Part shown: one piece after another, positions 1 through 22,691 of the stretch
Position numbering within the stretch: position 1 is the stretch's first letter
Layout: every line of letters starts with the position of its first letter
NCBI GenBank assembly: GCA_963693365.1
Contig: CAVNZM010000004.1
Location: forward strand, 10,878,468 to 10,942,467
Direction: 5' to 3'
Length of the DNA stretch: 64,000 nt
Source of the DNA: Amoebidium appalachense
Lineage: Eukaryota > Protista > Ichthyosporea
The notes under the pieces: generated by a model
The model's database searches: none
What the model was told of the DNA's origin: nothing
What the model saw: the letters and a program-made list of their open reading frames with translations, nothing else
Translations under genes and position numbers: made by a program

Positions 1-116
1 CCTCCCATTGGCTGCCCTTGGCCAATAGAACGCGAATGTCGTCTTGCTGGTACTGATATACATCTTTCCTTGAATGCCATGCCTCTTTTGCCCCCCGATC
101 TCAACATATAGACACA

Positions 117-195
<79 letters not shown>

Positions 196-231
196 CCACA
201 CGTGCAAATGTACACATGCGTACACACCTAC

Positions 232-270
<39 letters not shown>

Positions 271-350
271 ACACATGTACAAAATTGTACACACACACAC
301 ACGTACGCACACGTACACACAAACACGCACAGTGTGCGGCGCACCCACAG

Positions 351-4120
<3,770 letters not shown>

Positions 4121-4511
4121 GAGCTGCGAAAATCCCCCCGAATTTCAAGGGGTTGAATGGAGTCACCGAGCGTAAGAATGAATGTCGCGAAACTTTTTTT
4201 TGATGAATTGACCGGTTGTCTTATATAAAACGATGTCTGGGCATAGATATTTCAGGCGGGTGTTTTTAATTAAGAGAGTATGATCTATTGGCGAATGTTC
4301 TCTTTTTTTGTTGCAGCGTGTTATGTCATACTAGCTCCATTTTGTATGATTTATGACCCAAGGCAATGCATATGCCTACCCTTTTGATGTTAATGCACGA
4401 CTGCTAGGCAAACATTTTGGCATTTTCATCTAGAGTTTCTCTGTTCCACAGTTTCGCACACACACACACACACGGTGTACGCCAGTGCACGCACAGATGT
4501 GTGTGTGCGCA

Positions 4512-4547
<36 letters not shown>

Positions 4548-4892
4548 AAAAAAAAAAAATGTCACGTTGAACGTTTTTGCATATTACCTACAAGGTTAAT
4601 GCATGTCCTGACATACTCTGGCCTATGTATGCAAAAACAACTTTGATCAAAGGGATCTCTTAAATGGGCGTATGTATGCATGTTCTCTGTAGGTCTATGG
4701 CCCGCTGCCCACATTCTTCGTTCTTATCATGTGTGTTGACTTAGGGCACACATATACACAGTTGTAGTATATACATATTATTACATTATTGTATATTTAT
4801 TTTTTGTTAACTGCCACCCCACTGTATGTTAAAATGGTGTGTGCGCACAATATGAGCGATACCTTCCGAATTTGTGGTATGTTTATTATATA

Positions 4893-5350
4893 TCATTGTA
4901 CTGTAACAAGAGGTGCTGGTCTATTGCATGGACCATCGTTCACCTCGTTTGCATGACGGTATGAAGTAACCGTTCCTTTGTAATAGCCAGTGAAACCATC
5001 ACTCGGCCCAAGCCAAATATTGTAGCTCGCATTTCCAAATGAAGTGCCGTGATGTATAATAAAGAGTTTTTCCACTCCGTCTTGCCATTTTGTTTCATTC
5101 CAGGCGGCACCACCGTGGCCAAATGTAGAGGCCGTACATGATGCATATCGGCTGAATTCATGCTTGCCATATACATGGTTTGTCCTCGCCAAGTCCTCCC
5201 CCCCCCCCCCCCCCCCCTCCCCCCCCCCTTCGCTCCTCCGGGCCGACCGACCTCCAATCTACTACATGATGATGAACACAATGTTTTCTCCCCCTCACTC
5301 CCCTCCACAACCATAGCCACCGATGCCACCACGTGTACCGAGGCTGCACC
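4893..5350 (-). CDS. Hypothetical protein, 3' exons only
   Basis: A non-repetitive last exon (5184-4893), a 10-nt exon (5261-5252) and a 39-nt exon (5350-5312) join in frame: GCSLGTRGGIGGYVDWRTNHVYGKHEFSRYASC... The start was not found and no family was recognised. Confidence 0.45.
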
Positions 5351-5374
5351 CTGTACAACAACCCCCCCCCCCCC

Positions 5375-5405
<31 letters not shown>

Positions 5406-5984
5406 ATTCTTGGAATCCCAGCTGTGAGACTGGATCGTCTGGGGGTGATTTGTATTTGTTGCCTGGTTGTGTTGTGTTGTATCGAGAAGTTCAAGGTGCG
5501 GCGAGAAAGGAGGAGCCTTCCGGGCCTGCGTGTCTATGTGTGTGTGTGTGCTGGGTGGGCAGCATGAGAGGAGGCCATGCACCTTAATACAAGCAATTCT
5601 TTGTACCTAAGGCATCCCCTTCCCCAAGGTCTACACTGGCCATCATGGCCCGCATGGCATTTTCAGTAGAGAGCCGTCAATTATTATACATCGAAGCATG
5701 CACATATTGGCTGTCATGCATGGATACGACGACCCAATGGTCACACCATAAACTTCTAATACAGCCGCGGTCACATGCACATACGCATACACGCACTCGG
5801 CCTAGATGCATAGGAATAGTAGCCTACATAACTTCACGCACAAAACATAATTTGGACATGATGGCCGTGACTTCCTTACATAAAAATTCCCTTGACTTTC
5901 AGTGTAAGGTCCCGCTGGCAAAGTCACGGTGGGCCTGTAGGCTGATGGCCATTAGAATGATTAGAGCTCATGGCGCTTAACTGG

Positions 5985-6069
<85 letters not shown>

Positions 6070-6135
6070 CGCGTGCGCGTGTGTGGTGGTGGTGGTGGCG
6101 GCGGCGGCGGTGGTGGTGGTGGTTGGTGTGTGTGT

Positions 6136-6175
<40 letters not shown>

Positions 6176-6650
6176 GGGGGAAGGGGAGATCCGGAGGGAC
6201 GGAAGCTTCAGATCCTTCACGGAACGTTTGGTGCTCGAGGGGTTGAGCATTGCTGATTCTTTATCTCGGGCCATCCCTATTTTTGATCCAGTGAATAACA
6301 GACAAATGCATCCACAGCCAGCACCGTGGCGGCGCGGAATTTTAATTTTTAAAAAAGGTTCCACGGCAAAGGATCCAGCCTCGCCGGATGCTATAACCCC
6401 CCCCCTCCCCCCCCCCCCCCCCCCCCCTCCCCCCGCCCCCCCTTCCCCCCCCCCCCCCCCCCTCCCCCCACCGCCTCCAAAAAAGTCATCCTGCACAACA
6501 AAAACGAACGAAGTGGTTGTACAGCAAGGTGTGTTTATAATAATGTGCTGCATGGACAATAAGCAGATAGCAGACTCCACTCATTCTGTGCACACAGGGT
6601 TTTGGTATTTCTGCTCGCACGATGTGACTCGCCCCAGGTGTACAATATTG

Positions 6651-7316
6651 CTATGAAGCGACGGGAAACTGATCACACGCTGAATCCTGGCAGCCGACGA
6701 TTTTTTTTTGGTGAGTGCTTATGGAAAGCCCCTCTTCTTTCAGTGTGTGTGCTGGTTGTGGTGGGGCAGTAAACCGTCTCACATCTCCTGATTCCCCTTG
6801 AAATCTCAGCATGCACTCATCTATCAAGGTGCACAAGCGCGTCTGTGCGGTGCTAAATAGAAGGCCCATAAAGTGGCGTGAGAGCTCGCTTTTTTGCAAC
6901 CCGTCACGGTTTCTAAGGGTGCCATCAGCACCCGGACGTAGAAGCATGTAGTCGTCCAGAGTCAGAGCAGTTCTGTAATCGATTGCCACGTCATAAGGGG
7001 AATTAGGCCCAAAATACCTCTCGTATAGTTCTAGGCCATCATCTACAGTGGCTTCATTTTCCTTTAACCTATCTTGGAAGTCAGCAATTGCTATCAAGGC
7101 AAGCACATATTCCTCACAGTATTCGGCAGAGAGAAAATCCATGAAGAGGGGATAATTCACCGTGTCAAGCCTTAAGGTTTCCAGCATGGTGCCGCCTGTT
7201 TGTGAGAGCAACGGGTGGCTGCTCATACTGGGGAGAGATGATAATAGGGTTAAACTCGAGGGAACGACGAGTGTCGAGCTGGTGGGTACTTTTGGGGTGT
7301 TTCCAGCAAGCATCAT
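6651..7316 (-). CDS. RGS (regulator of G-protein signalling) domain protein, intronless
   Basis: RGS-box pattern: LFMDFLSAEYCEEYVLAL...LYERYFGPNSPYDVAID...LFSTAQTRLCTLIDECMLRF. First ATG is at 7316, with a TATA-like run near 7470. Confidence 0.8.
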   Translation of the reverse strand: MMLAGNTPKVPTSSTLVVPSSLTLLSSLPSMSSHPLLSQTGGTMLETLRLDTVNYPLFMDFLSAEYCEEYVLALIAIADFQDRLKENEATVDDGLELYERYFGPNSPYDVAIDYRTALTLDDYMLLRPGADGTLRNRDGLQKSELSRHFMGLLFSTAQTRLCTLIDECMLRFQGESGDVRRFTAPPQPAHTLKEEGLSISTHQKKIVGCQDSACDQFPVAS

Positions 7317-7854
7317 GATCGTGTAGTTGTGTTTTCTGCAAGTGTGTGAATATGTGGGTTCGACGTTGTACACCGAGGTTTGTGATTTGTGAGGTCTCAG
7401 CTGATGTTTTTACGCTCTTTCACGTTAGCTCACGATGCCATGCTGAGAAAGTTGATACTACACAGCTCTATATATACGGAAAGTGAATATGATATGTTGT
7501 CTGGGTTTTGCAAGGTGATAGGCCTACAAAGCTGAATGTGACTGTCCTGAGCGAGATGACCGTCTTCTTAAACCCGGGGCGCATTACCGATTACGGACTT
7601 TGAAAGAAAGCAGAAAAAATCAAAACTCCATATAATTTCGTTGTGTCACGGATTGAGATTAGAAAATGCCGAAATATATCGTCAAAAGAAACATAATAGA
7701 ATTTTAGGGGCATTTGCAGACCAAAAAAATTAGTTATATGAAGCATATTTGGGCAGTGTTGTGTTTTTCCGAAATAAAAGAAAAAGCAAAGAAGGCCATG
7801 CAAAAGGGCTCAATCCGAAATTTCATCAGGTGCCAAGTTCATTTATGATTGGCC

Positions 7855-8843
7855 AAGGCTGCACCCTGATCACGGGAATCGGGATCGGTGCCGGCAGTCC
7901 GGCCGGCGCCGGCGGCAGGCTGCCACGCAAGGCCCCGGGAGAGGCCGCCTGCTGACATCCCAAATTCTGTTTTTTTAATTGTTTTTTTTTAAAATGTAAC
8001 ATTTATGTAAATATTTAAACTATTTTGCTCGAAAAGTATGATGTAGGGGCAACCCTCCAAATCTAGACGCCACCTCTAATTCGTGAAGCCACTGAATAGT
8101 ATAGGTATTGAGACTATTTATTATTAGTTCTACAATCTTTTTTTGAGCGCCAGTTATAATAAATATATATTTAACGGCACGCAAAAAATATATAGAACTA
8201 ATAAAAAATAGTCTTAATATAATACACTGGCTTCACGAATTGGAGGTGGCGTCAAAGTTTGGAGGGTTGCCCCGCGGTAGTTCGGATTCGGAACGTCGGT
8301 GTTTGGGGGTTTACACACTTTTTATTGCGTGGACATTGCCGGAGGCCCAGCCACATTCGCGAATGCAACGATCTCATTGGATAATGTGATTCTTAACATC
8401 CAATCACAGCGTAGCCAGATCGGCGGGATTTGAAACCCTGTGGTCCCTGTCGACGGTCGAGTGACTGGACCTGTTTGAACGGCCAGGTCCAGGTCTGGAA
8501 GCGGGTGATGGAATGCGGCCAAATTCCTGGTATCAGACCAACGATCTGTTGGATTAGGCCTGGACATCCAGATTCCGCATTCCAATGTCCGGAACCTGGA
8601 CGACAGGCTGGAAAACGATGCATCGGTTTTCAGCCTGTCGCCAATCCCATCGCAGGAATGCGGCCTGGTTACAGCTGATTGGTCAATCGATCTGTGATTG
8701 TAGTCGATTATCCGAAATATTAATCTATAAACCTAAAATCACTCCTGACCCATCCGCCAGCTGCTACCGAACCTGGACGTGGCTCACGCATTCAGCCTGC
8801 CGCCGGCCGGTTGCCGGTCCCATTCGGGCAATTATGCATCTCA
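7855..8843. mobile_element. Possible degenerate non-autonomous TIR element
   Basis: GC-rich imperfect inverted ends: ...ccggcggcaggctg near 7900-7922 versus cagcctgccgccggccgg near 8794-8811. No clear TSD. Confidence 0.35.
8046..8273. mobile_element. Fold-back MITE (about 228 bp)
   Basis: The left arm ggggcaaccctccaaatctagacgccacctctaattcgtgaagcca matches the reverse complement of the right arm tggcttcacgaattggaggtggcgtcaaagtttggagggttgcccc. Looser pairing continues for about 95 bp per arm. Confidence 0.8.
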
Positions 8844-9155
8844 GTGGACCCAGACCTGGCCGTTCGAACAGGTCCACTGTCAGTTTTCCACACGCTCAGT
8901 GCCATCTCAGTGCCTGTTCAAACTTCGGATATGCTTTCCACACGCTCAGTGCCTGTTCAAACTTCGGATATGTATGTACATTCGAAGGAGATACTGACAT
9001 AGTGCCTTGAAAGGCATGTGTATCTGGCAGGAAGCATGGCTTGAATCACCTACACCGAAAGAGGTATGGTGCACCACACAATTACAAATTGCAAAAAGCT
9101 GCATTCCGTCACTTAGTACAGCATAGGTCGGGCTCATCCCACACCAGCCTAGGGC

Positions 9156-9470
9156 CAGGGGTATGGCGACTTGACTTCAAGTCGCGACTTGAAGTCACCA
9201 AGCACCTGACTTTCATCAAGTCAAGTCAAGTCATGAGGCCACACATAATAGTGACTTGAGGGGGAAGGGGAGCTTGGGACGAGGAGGCATAAGAGGATTG
9301 GTTGGGAGGGGGGGCGCAATGCCCGCCCGTGGCCATGGCTGGCCGGAGGAGCTACTAAAAATAGTACTCCTCAAAGTCGCGACTTTAAAGTCAAGTCAAG
9401 TCATCAAACCTAGCAAACAATTATAAATATAAGTCAAGTCAAGTCATTGTGGGCCGCTGCCACACCCCTG
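9156..9470. mobile_element. hAT-type MITE (315 bp) with 8-bp target-site duplication
   Basis: TIRs CAGGGGTATGGC / GCCACACCCCTG; perfect TSD CCTAGGGC at 9148-9155 and 9471-9478; many internal AAGTC/GACTT motifs. Confidence 0.9.
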
Positions 9471-11187
9471 CCTAGGGCTCTGGAGTCCCAGACCGTCCGG
9501 CTCCCTAAACCCCATGGCCGGGCACGTTGAACCACCTCCCTCGTGTGTTCAGAGGGCCGTGCTTTGAACACCGGCACGGGTAGTTTGTTTTGTCTCAAGA
9601 GTCTCAGACCTGCTACCTTCTGAGGTAGCTCTTATTTTTCAAGGAGACGCGGACGATACGGAGAGCGGCTGATCACGTGACTCACCTACTTTGAAAAATA
9701 GAACGTCGAGTTATCGTACATAGGCTAGAGGGCACAGTCAGTGCGTGCCAGGTCTCAGACGGTCAGACCGCATAAACTGGATCGAGGGGGGTAAAACTTT
9801 GTTGGAGCGCTAGGCCCCTGAAGTATGCATGCGTGACTGCTTTAGAAAAACCGAAGAGTACATACATGCAGGCCTCTATATATATAGCCACGTACGCGTG
9901 CACTTGCAGGCAGGCAGACTGCGCTCGAAAGTATTGGCACTAGGCCTCTGCGGGGGTATCGTGTCTGAAGACTTTAAGGGCAGAGGCTGATAGGACGTTC
10001 AGTGTTCAAATCATGTTTTGAGCCCCGGAAAGTCAGCATTTACACATTATTTTGAAGCTGCAACGGCGTAGTTCACAACACTGTGATCGTAAATCAGTTG
10101 TGATGTTTTTAATGGTTTTCATAGCAACAAGCACCACACATACACACCAGCAACCGTGCAAGTACACTTGCATGTCCTGGCAGCGCATATGCATGACTTG
10201 AATGCACATGTTCAAGCTGTTAAGGGAACATGCATGGATAGAAAACATAAGAAGCCTCCTCTACGCAGCACCAGCAGATAATGATTATGGGCGCAGCGTT
10301 GCCATTAAATCTTACAATAGAGCCCTTGTGGCATTATTTCGCCTGAGCATAATTGCACTCACAACACTCATCCTCCTGCACTGTGACTGGGAGCATGTGC
10401 AAGCAGTACAAGTTTTCCCACCACCAAGTAGGCCATTCCCACTGGAAGCTTCTATTGACGACATACATGCCGATTTCTGGCGGGAACATGGACACCGCGC
10501 CAGCTCACAGAATGGTACCTTGCGCGCATACATTCCATAGACCAAAATGGGCCAAAGTTACGTGCAGTGATCGAGGTTAATCCCGACGCAATGCAGCTTG
10601 CAGATTCTGCGAACCGATTAATAGAGCAACATAGGGCGTCCGGCAGGCTGCATGCCCTCCCACCACTTGCAGGAATACCAGTGCTCGTCAAATCACTGTT
10701 TGCACACTCGACCGCATGCAAACCACCGCCGGTTCACTGGCACTTGTTGGTTCCCGCCCACATGGGGAGGCATACGTGATAGGACGGTTGCATGCTACTG
10801 GTGCCATTCTATTGGGAAAACTAACCCGAGTGAGTGGAGCGGAATATACGACTTTTCAGGCCCTGTGGGGTTGAGCACTAGAGGTGGACAGACTCAACTC
10901 TTTTGGGAAGGAATTATACCCCGGGGGTTCTAGCACTGGGTCGGCTGTGGCGGTGAGTGCAAATTTGGCTGCGGTAACCCTGGGCATGGAGACATGTGGG
11001 TGTGGTTGGTGTTGGGCACTGGTGGTGTGTGGCTCTGCTGATATGTGTGCGGGAGAGGAAGGGGCTGGGCGGGGGGAGAGAGGGGGAGGGGAGGGAGAGA
11101 GGGAGGAAGGGAGGGAGGAGGGAGGCAAAATATGAGCACAAGCACAGCCGCCACAAGTGTACTTGCACCTACCCAAAGTCAAAATCT

Positions 11188-11394
<207 letters not shown>

Positions 11395-11611
11395 CCCCCC
11401 CCCCCCCCCCCCCTCCCTCCCTCTCTCTCCCCTCCCTCCCTTTCTCTCCCCTCCCTCCCTCCCTCCCTCTCTCTCTCTCTCGCTCGTCTCTCTCTCTCTC
11501 TCGCTCGCTCTCTCTCTCGTTCTCTCTCCCTCCCCCCTTCCCCCCTCTCCCCCCCTCTCTCAGCCTCTGTCTTTCTCTCTCTTTGCCCCCCCCCCCCCCC
11601 CCCCCCCCCTA

Positions 11612-11764
11612 CTCTCGCTAATTGTGGACTTTGAAGAGACTGTTCATTTTTTTCGGTCGTGAATGTCTACTTCGTATCCTTTGTCCTTTACTCTCTCTAA
11701 TTGTGGACTTTGAAGAAACTGTTCATTTTTTTCGGTCGTGAATGTCTACTTCGTATCCTTTGTC
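11612..11764. repeat. Tandem duplication of an approximately 80-bp unit
   Basis: ctaattgtggactttgaaga(g/a)actgttcatttttttcggtcgtgaatgtctacttcgtatcctttgtc occurs twice. Confidence 0.9.
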
Positions 11765-11930
11765 ACATTCTCCCCCTCTACCCCCCCCCCCCCCCCCCCC
11801 CCCCCAAACAAACACACACACACACAGCCTTTCTCTATCCCCCACCCCTCTCTCTCCCTCTCCCTTTCCTCTCTCTAACTCCTGTTTTTTAGGTATAATT
11901 ACATCTACCACCATAGTTTTTCTGCATCCT

Positions 11931-11969
<39 letters not shown>

Positions 11970-12165
11970 ATCCCCAACCTTAACCCCCCGCCTTTCACCC
12001 AGGACGCCCTCGTTCAAAGATTCGCCCAACCTTACATAGAACATCTGTGATAATCAAACACACACTCACACAAAGTTGTAATATGCTGACATCCTCAAGG
12101 GGCCCTACTCCCGTCTCATCCCCTCCCCCCTCACCCCGACCACTCTTCCGGACCCCCCCCCTCCC

Positions 12166-12264
<99 letters not shown>

Positions 12265-12817
12265 GGCAGCATCATCGACCCCTCCCTCCGCCATGGGGTG
12301 GTTGGTTTGAAACCCACCTTTGGTCTCGTCAGTCGCACAGGCACTATCCCCCTGGCCCCCTCCCAAGACACTATCGGGTATGTGCCCACCTTTGATCATC
12401 CCCCCCCCCCCCCCCCCCCCCCCACCCCCACCCCACCCCCACCACCCCTCCCTCCCGGGCTTTCTCTTTGGCTTTCTCTCTCCCCCCCCCCACCCCCTTC
12501 TCCCCCCCCCCCCCCCCTCTCTCTCTCTCTTTCTCTCTCCCCCTCCCCCTTTCTCCCCAACCCCACACCCCCGATCCCTGCCCCTGCTACCAACCCCCCT
12601 TCCTTTTTCTAGTCAGCCGGGCAAAAATATGAGCAAGTCTGTGCTAGCAGGTGAGTTTTATTTCGTGGAGGGAGAGGGGGAAGGAGAGGGGGGGGGGGGG
12701 GGGGTTATTTGCCAGACTGCATATAGATTCAGGAGCAAGGGTTATGGGAAAAGTGGTTATTTGTGGGGGGCTCGTGTGTGTGTGTGTGCCTGTGTGGTGT
12801 GTGTGTGTGTGTGTGTG

Positions 12818-12851
<34 letters not shown>

Positions 12852-12856
12852 TTTAT

Positions 12857-12887
<31 letters not shown>

Positions 12888-14664
12888 GGGGATATGGCTC
12901 TCTTCCACTAGATATCCTCTCCTTGTTCAAATCAATGGAGCGTCCTGCTCTCCCCTTCATTAGATGGCCATGGCTTCATTCTGACGCACATATACCACCT
13001 GCAACCAATTTCAACCACCACACACACACATACAAGCACACACACACACACACACACACACCCACACACACACACATGCCCATCACACGAACCGTTCGAG
13101 ACGCAGCAATTCTTCTCTCTGTAATTGCAGGAACGGACACCAAGGGCCCCACCACCATCCACACAGACAGTTATAAACCATCGATTATACAAATTCCTCG
13201 ATCAGAATCTCACGAGTATAAACGGTCAGAATTTTTGAAGGGGCTCTACTCTTGTATGATGTGCGAAAAGCCATTGAAGAAAAAGGGGGTGCAGTCATTG
13301 AAGGCAAATTTTCCTTGCCCCCGGGTTTATTTACACGGCGCGAACTGTACCTAACCGAGGCAAAGTATTTTCTGAACCAGTATTTAGGCAATCTTACCAA
13401 TTCCCCAGTGCATTCCCTGTCAGAACTTTTGGAATTCTACGCCAAAATACGGAAGACGGCAAATATTCCAGTGAACTATGGCAAGCCAGTCAAGCCGAGG
13501 GGCTCAATTCGTCGGAATACATTAATGCGGTGAAAGACCGGGAGAAACAAAGACAAGCATTGGCAGAAATATTCAAAAATCACCATGTAATCGCTGTGAT
13601 TGGTGACTCCTCGCATTCCATCGAACTCTTTAACAATGCCGCAGTGGCTGGCTACCCACTGCTAACCGTGCCGCTTTCTTTAAGAGAGGGCCAACCGGAG
13701 GGTGTGGTGCTGATGGGTCGACCCAGGAGTGAGGGTGTGTTGCGCTTAAAATAGCTCATGTGCTGGAACGGGCCAGGGAAAGTCGCCCAGTACCCCAATT
13801 GTAAGTTAAACATTTTCCGTTTGGACCCCCCCCCCCCCCCGCGCAGACCCCGCTACGGACCTCATTGGTATCCCTCTTGTATAAAGTTGTCTTGAACCAC
13901 ACTAATACATTCTGGTTCACATCGTCATCACATTAGGTGTAATAGATTTTCTAGTATGATTATTGGGGTAATCAATGTCTGTAGCCAAAAAGCCAATATA
14001 GGTTTTATCATGATAAGAGGTGCCAATGGTTAGCCTAAGTTACGTAATGAGATTTTCTGCTGTAAGTTGGGTACTGAATGATTCATACTAGTGCTAGTGG
14101 CCAGCTTCAAATGGCCTCAGGTTCTGTCTCCATGGTGCACATATTTGCGAGCTCGCTCAATAGTGCATATGTCCGCAGTGTTTCACAGCTGAATGATCGA
14201 ATGTAAATAGTGAGTTTGTTGGTAGACACAATTTGTACAAAAAAGACAAAATTCTAGGTGTGTTGTATGGTTGGATACATATATCTTGTAATAATTGTTA
14301 TGATTGTGCAGGGCACCGTGCTGAAATGTAATAATAAGCAATATGAAATTAAATCGATGAATATTCACACAAACACACATGACATTCGTACAGGCGAGGA
14401 CACGCGCACACGCGCGCGCACACACACACACACACATGCACGTACACACGCACACACACACACAGAGAGAGAGATACATGTGTACACACTTGACACGTGC
14501 ACAGTGTCACAGACACACGTACTGCACAAATGCACATACCCCTCCATACATGCACGCACGCGCATACCCCTCCGTACACACACACACACACACAAACACG
14601 TCTGTATGATACGTGAGGCACACGCCTTAATCTCGAGCACAGTGCTGTCGCACGAGTGCACGCA

Positions 14665-14705
<41 letters not shown>

Positions 14706-14887
14706 CTACTATATGCCCTACCGAATAGTTATAAATTATTGCCATCTTGCGCGTGTACACGGAAATCGTACGTGTGTGGAAATTTTTGGGCCATTATGAT
14801 CTGCCTGAGCGAGGATACTCGAAGACTAGTGTGTCGGAGCTGTAGGGGGGGGGGGGGGGGGGAGGGGAAGAGGAGGTGACGACGGAA

Positions 14888-14926
<39 letters not shown>

Positions 14927-14957
14927 GGCTCGGGGTCCGGAGGGTCCGGATGGTGTT

Positions 14958-15019
14958 TGCACTTGTTACTGGATACGTCAAGTTTTTATTGCCTTCTCAG
15001 TATGCCGTCAAAAGAAAAA
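14958..15019 (+). mobile_element. Degenerate 3'-end fragment of the LINE B family
   Basis: tgcacttgttactggata..aagtttttattgccttctcagtatgccgtcaaaagaaaa matches the reverse complement of the LINE B 3' end (about 30390-30492), with an internal deletion. Confidence 0.7.
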
Positions 15020-15628
15020 TATTTGCGTAAACAGTGCTCACGTTCACGGCCGAAGTCGAAGCAGCGATCTGATTGGTTTACAGAAAAAGCAACGGATTTG
15101 GTTGGCTTCGCAGTGAGCCACTCTGCACTTGATGACGTCGACGCATGCGTCACCCGGTGAACGTAAACAACGAACATAGCTATAGTGTAAACAAGGTGAC
15201 TACCTCAGGTGTCACAACGGCATTGGAAAACGCGCGTTTACTATACTGTTCTGTTCACTGCAAAGTGTGCTTCGACAAAGTGTGCAGCGTGCTCGAAGCA
15301 CACTTTGTTATGGGATTAGTAACTACCCTGATAGACGCAGGTGTGTTTACACCTGCCACTTGGGTTCTACGTAGTTTTGTCTATATCGTGTGACGTGTCT
15401 AACTCTTGCCTTCACCTGCCACGCGCTCTAAGCCGTTTTTTGGCTTTTGACCTGTTTCAGGTTGACAGGGTTACCTGTCGCTCCTAATGTAAAGCCGCCA
15501 ACGACCAATTGGCCTCGTTTATCGGTTGCATCTTGCTGGGATCTCTGATCCGTCACTTGAGATCTTTGGAGTTCTTTTCAGGTTTCCGTTGTGGTTTTTA
15601 GTCAACGGCAGGCAGCAAGAGAGAAAAC

Positions 15629-20565
<4,937 letters not shown>

Positions 20566-21508
20566 TTTGAGGGCTGGGGATGTTTGGGACTCTTTTTTGC
20601 CTTTTTGTCATTTGCAGGTGTATGTACACACACCCACACGCACACTGGATGTTGGATAAAACAGTTCAGAATACACACATGCATAATTAAGTCCACACCC
20701 GAATTGACACACAGACACACAGACACACACACACGTATACGCACACACACACACACACGGACGCATACCCGCGTGTACACATGCATACACACGCACACAC
20801 ACTTTTTTCCACAAACGCCCACACGCGCACGCACACACGTACACATTGCACACACGCGTTTCTTTTTGCCCCGGTTTTCTTGTCCAAAGGATTTCATTAC
20901 TGGGGTTCTCGACCCTCTTATGATAATTAGCCTTAAACTCTCTCGTGACGCTTTTTTCAATGTATATTGGCAACAGAATGTAAACTGATGAGATATGGTT
21001 CCAATACTCTTATTCCTTTTTTATCCGCTAGTCGTGAGGTAACGAAGGACAAGCAAAAGCAATTGTAAATATGTTGAGAGAGGTTTTTTTCCCCCCTGCA
21101 AAATATATAACGATATGTTGTAGTTACTACATGCACACTACAGATGCCGAGAACGATGTAAAATAAGTGAGCCGGAGTGCACATAGCCAGAGCGTTCGGA
21201 CGAAGGTGTATTTTTAGGCATGGCATGGACGTACCATGGAGTTCCCGTCTCTATGGTTGGGCCAGCTATATACCTACTTCTTTCACTTTTTTCTAAGAAT
21301 ATTTTTTTTTTGCGTATATATTCGGGTGTATGATAAACGTGATTTTGGCCTGACGGCACTGAAGATGTGCATGTGCTGTGGTGTTTTTTTACATGATCAC
21401 ATATATCATTGTGAAACATTAATAAAACCTGTCCAATCCACAATTAAAACTCGAGCTCTGCTCTGCTACGGTCACCTCCCGGCCAGTTCCCCCCACCCTC
21501 CGAAACTT

Positions 21509-21544
<36 letters not shown>

Positions 21545-21680
21545 CCGTACGCATGTAGTGTATGTGTGTTTGGATTGGGTGGGTGGGTGGGTGGGTGGTG
21601 GTGGTGGTGCATGTGTGTGTGTGTATGTGTGTGTATGCGTGTGTGTGTGTGTGTGTGTCCGTGTGTGCACGCGTGTGTAT

Positions 21681-21727
<47 letters not shown>

Positions 21728-22691
21728 GGGAGGGGAGGGGGCGGGCTGGGCTCATATTGCTGAGGTGCTGCCAAGTTGGTGGGATGGTTTGATGAGAACA
21801 TACCCATTCCGTAAATGTTGCCAATATGTTGCGCCCCACCATGGGCATACCAAATGATTATCGTAAGTGGCTTGATGCACGTACATGGACACACGAAAGG
21901 ACACAAAGCCTTAAGGTTTCTATTTAGACCATGGCCATTTATCCCCCTCCCCCCCCCCCCCCCCCTCGCCCCATCCCCCCCTCAACACACCCACGCCCAC
22001 ACCTACACCCACATGCACACACCCCACATCGACACGCACACATGTACACACATGCACATAGCAACACACCCACACAGAGACATGTACACACCCACCCACC
22101 CATCCATCCCTCCTGCGTCCAAGGCATCCACCAACCAACCACATGAACACCATTGCATCCGCATTCATAATAGTTGTCACCGTTGGCAATCATACAGCGG
22201 CCGACCACACAGCCAAATGTCTTGGGCACCCTCAATAATTATTGCATAAAACAACTTTACTGAACACATGTTTGATTATTTGCAGCACTTTCGTTACAGA
22301 ACACGCATTGTCATTGCTGTTTCAGATACAGTCCAGTCGACTGGCAAATTTTATCAAATTTACTGATAAGTTAGAAAAGAGCCTTACCCCCCCCCCCCCC
22401 CCCCCCCCCCCCCCTTCTTTTCCAGGGGAAAGGAACTCGAACCAGTAGGGCTGCCCTAAGGCAAGTCAAATGATTACAGTTATTGTCAGTTCATCAATAC
22501 GTGCATGCATACAGTAACTCCCCCCACCCATCTGTCCACCTGGAACTACACATCAGTTTCACCCACCATTCATTCGATTAATACGTTCTCGTCAAGCCCC
22601 ATATCCCAAACTATATTATTATCCATTCAGTCATGTGCATTCATTCCAGAGAGGGATTGCCTTCTTTCCATATTTGGTATTTATGCAGCCA

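Noticed and set aside
5590-6600. Additional exons linking the RGS ORF to the 4893-5350 gene
   Set aside because: I found no frame-consistent exon chain, and the RGS ORF has its own stop at 6651.
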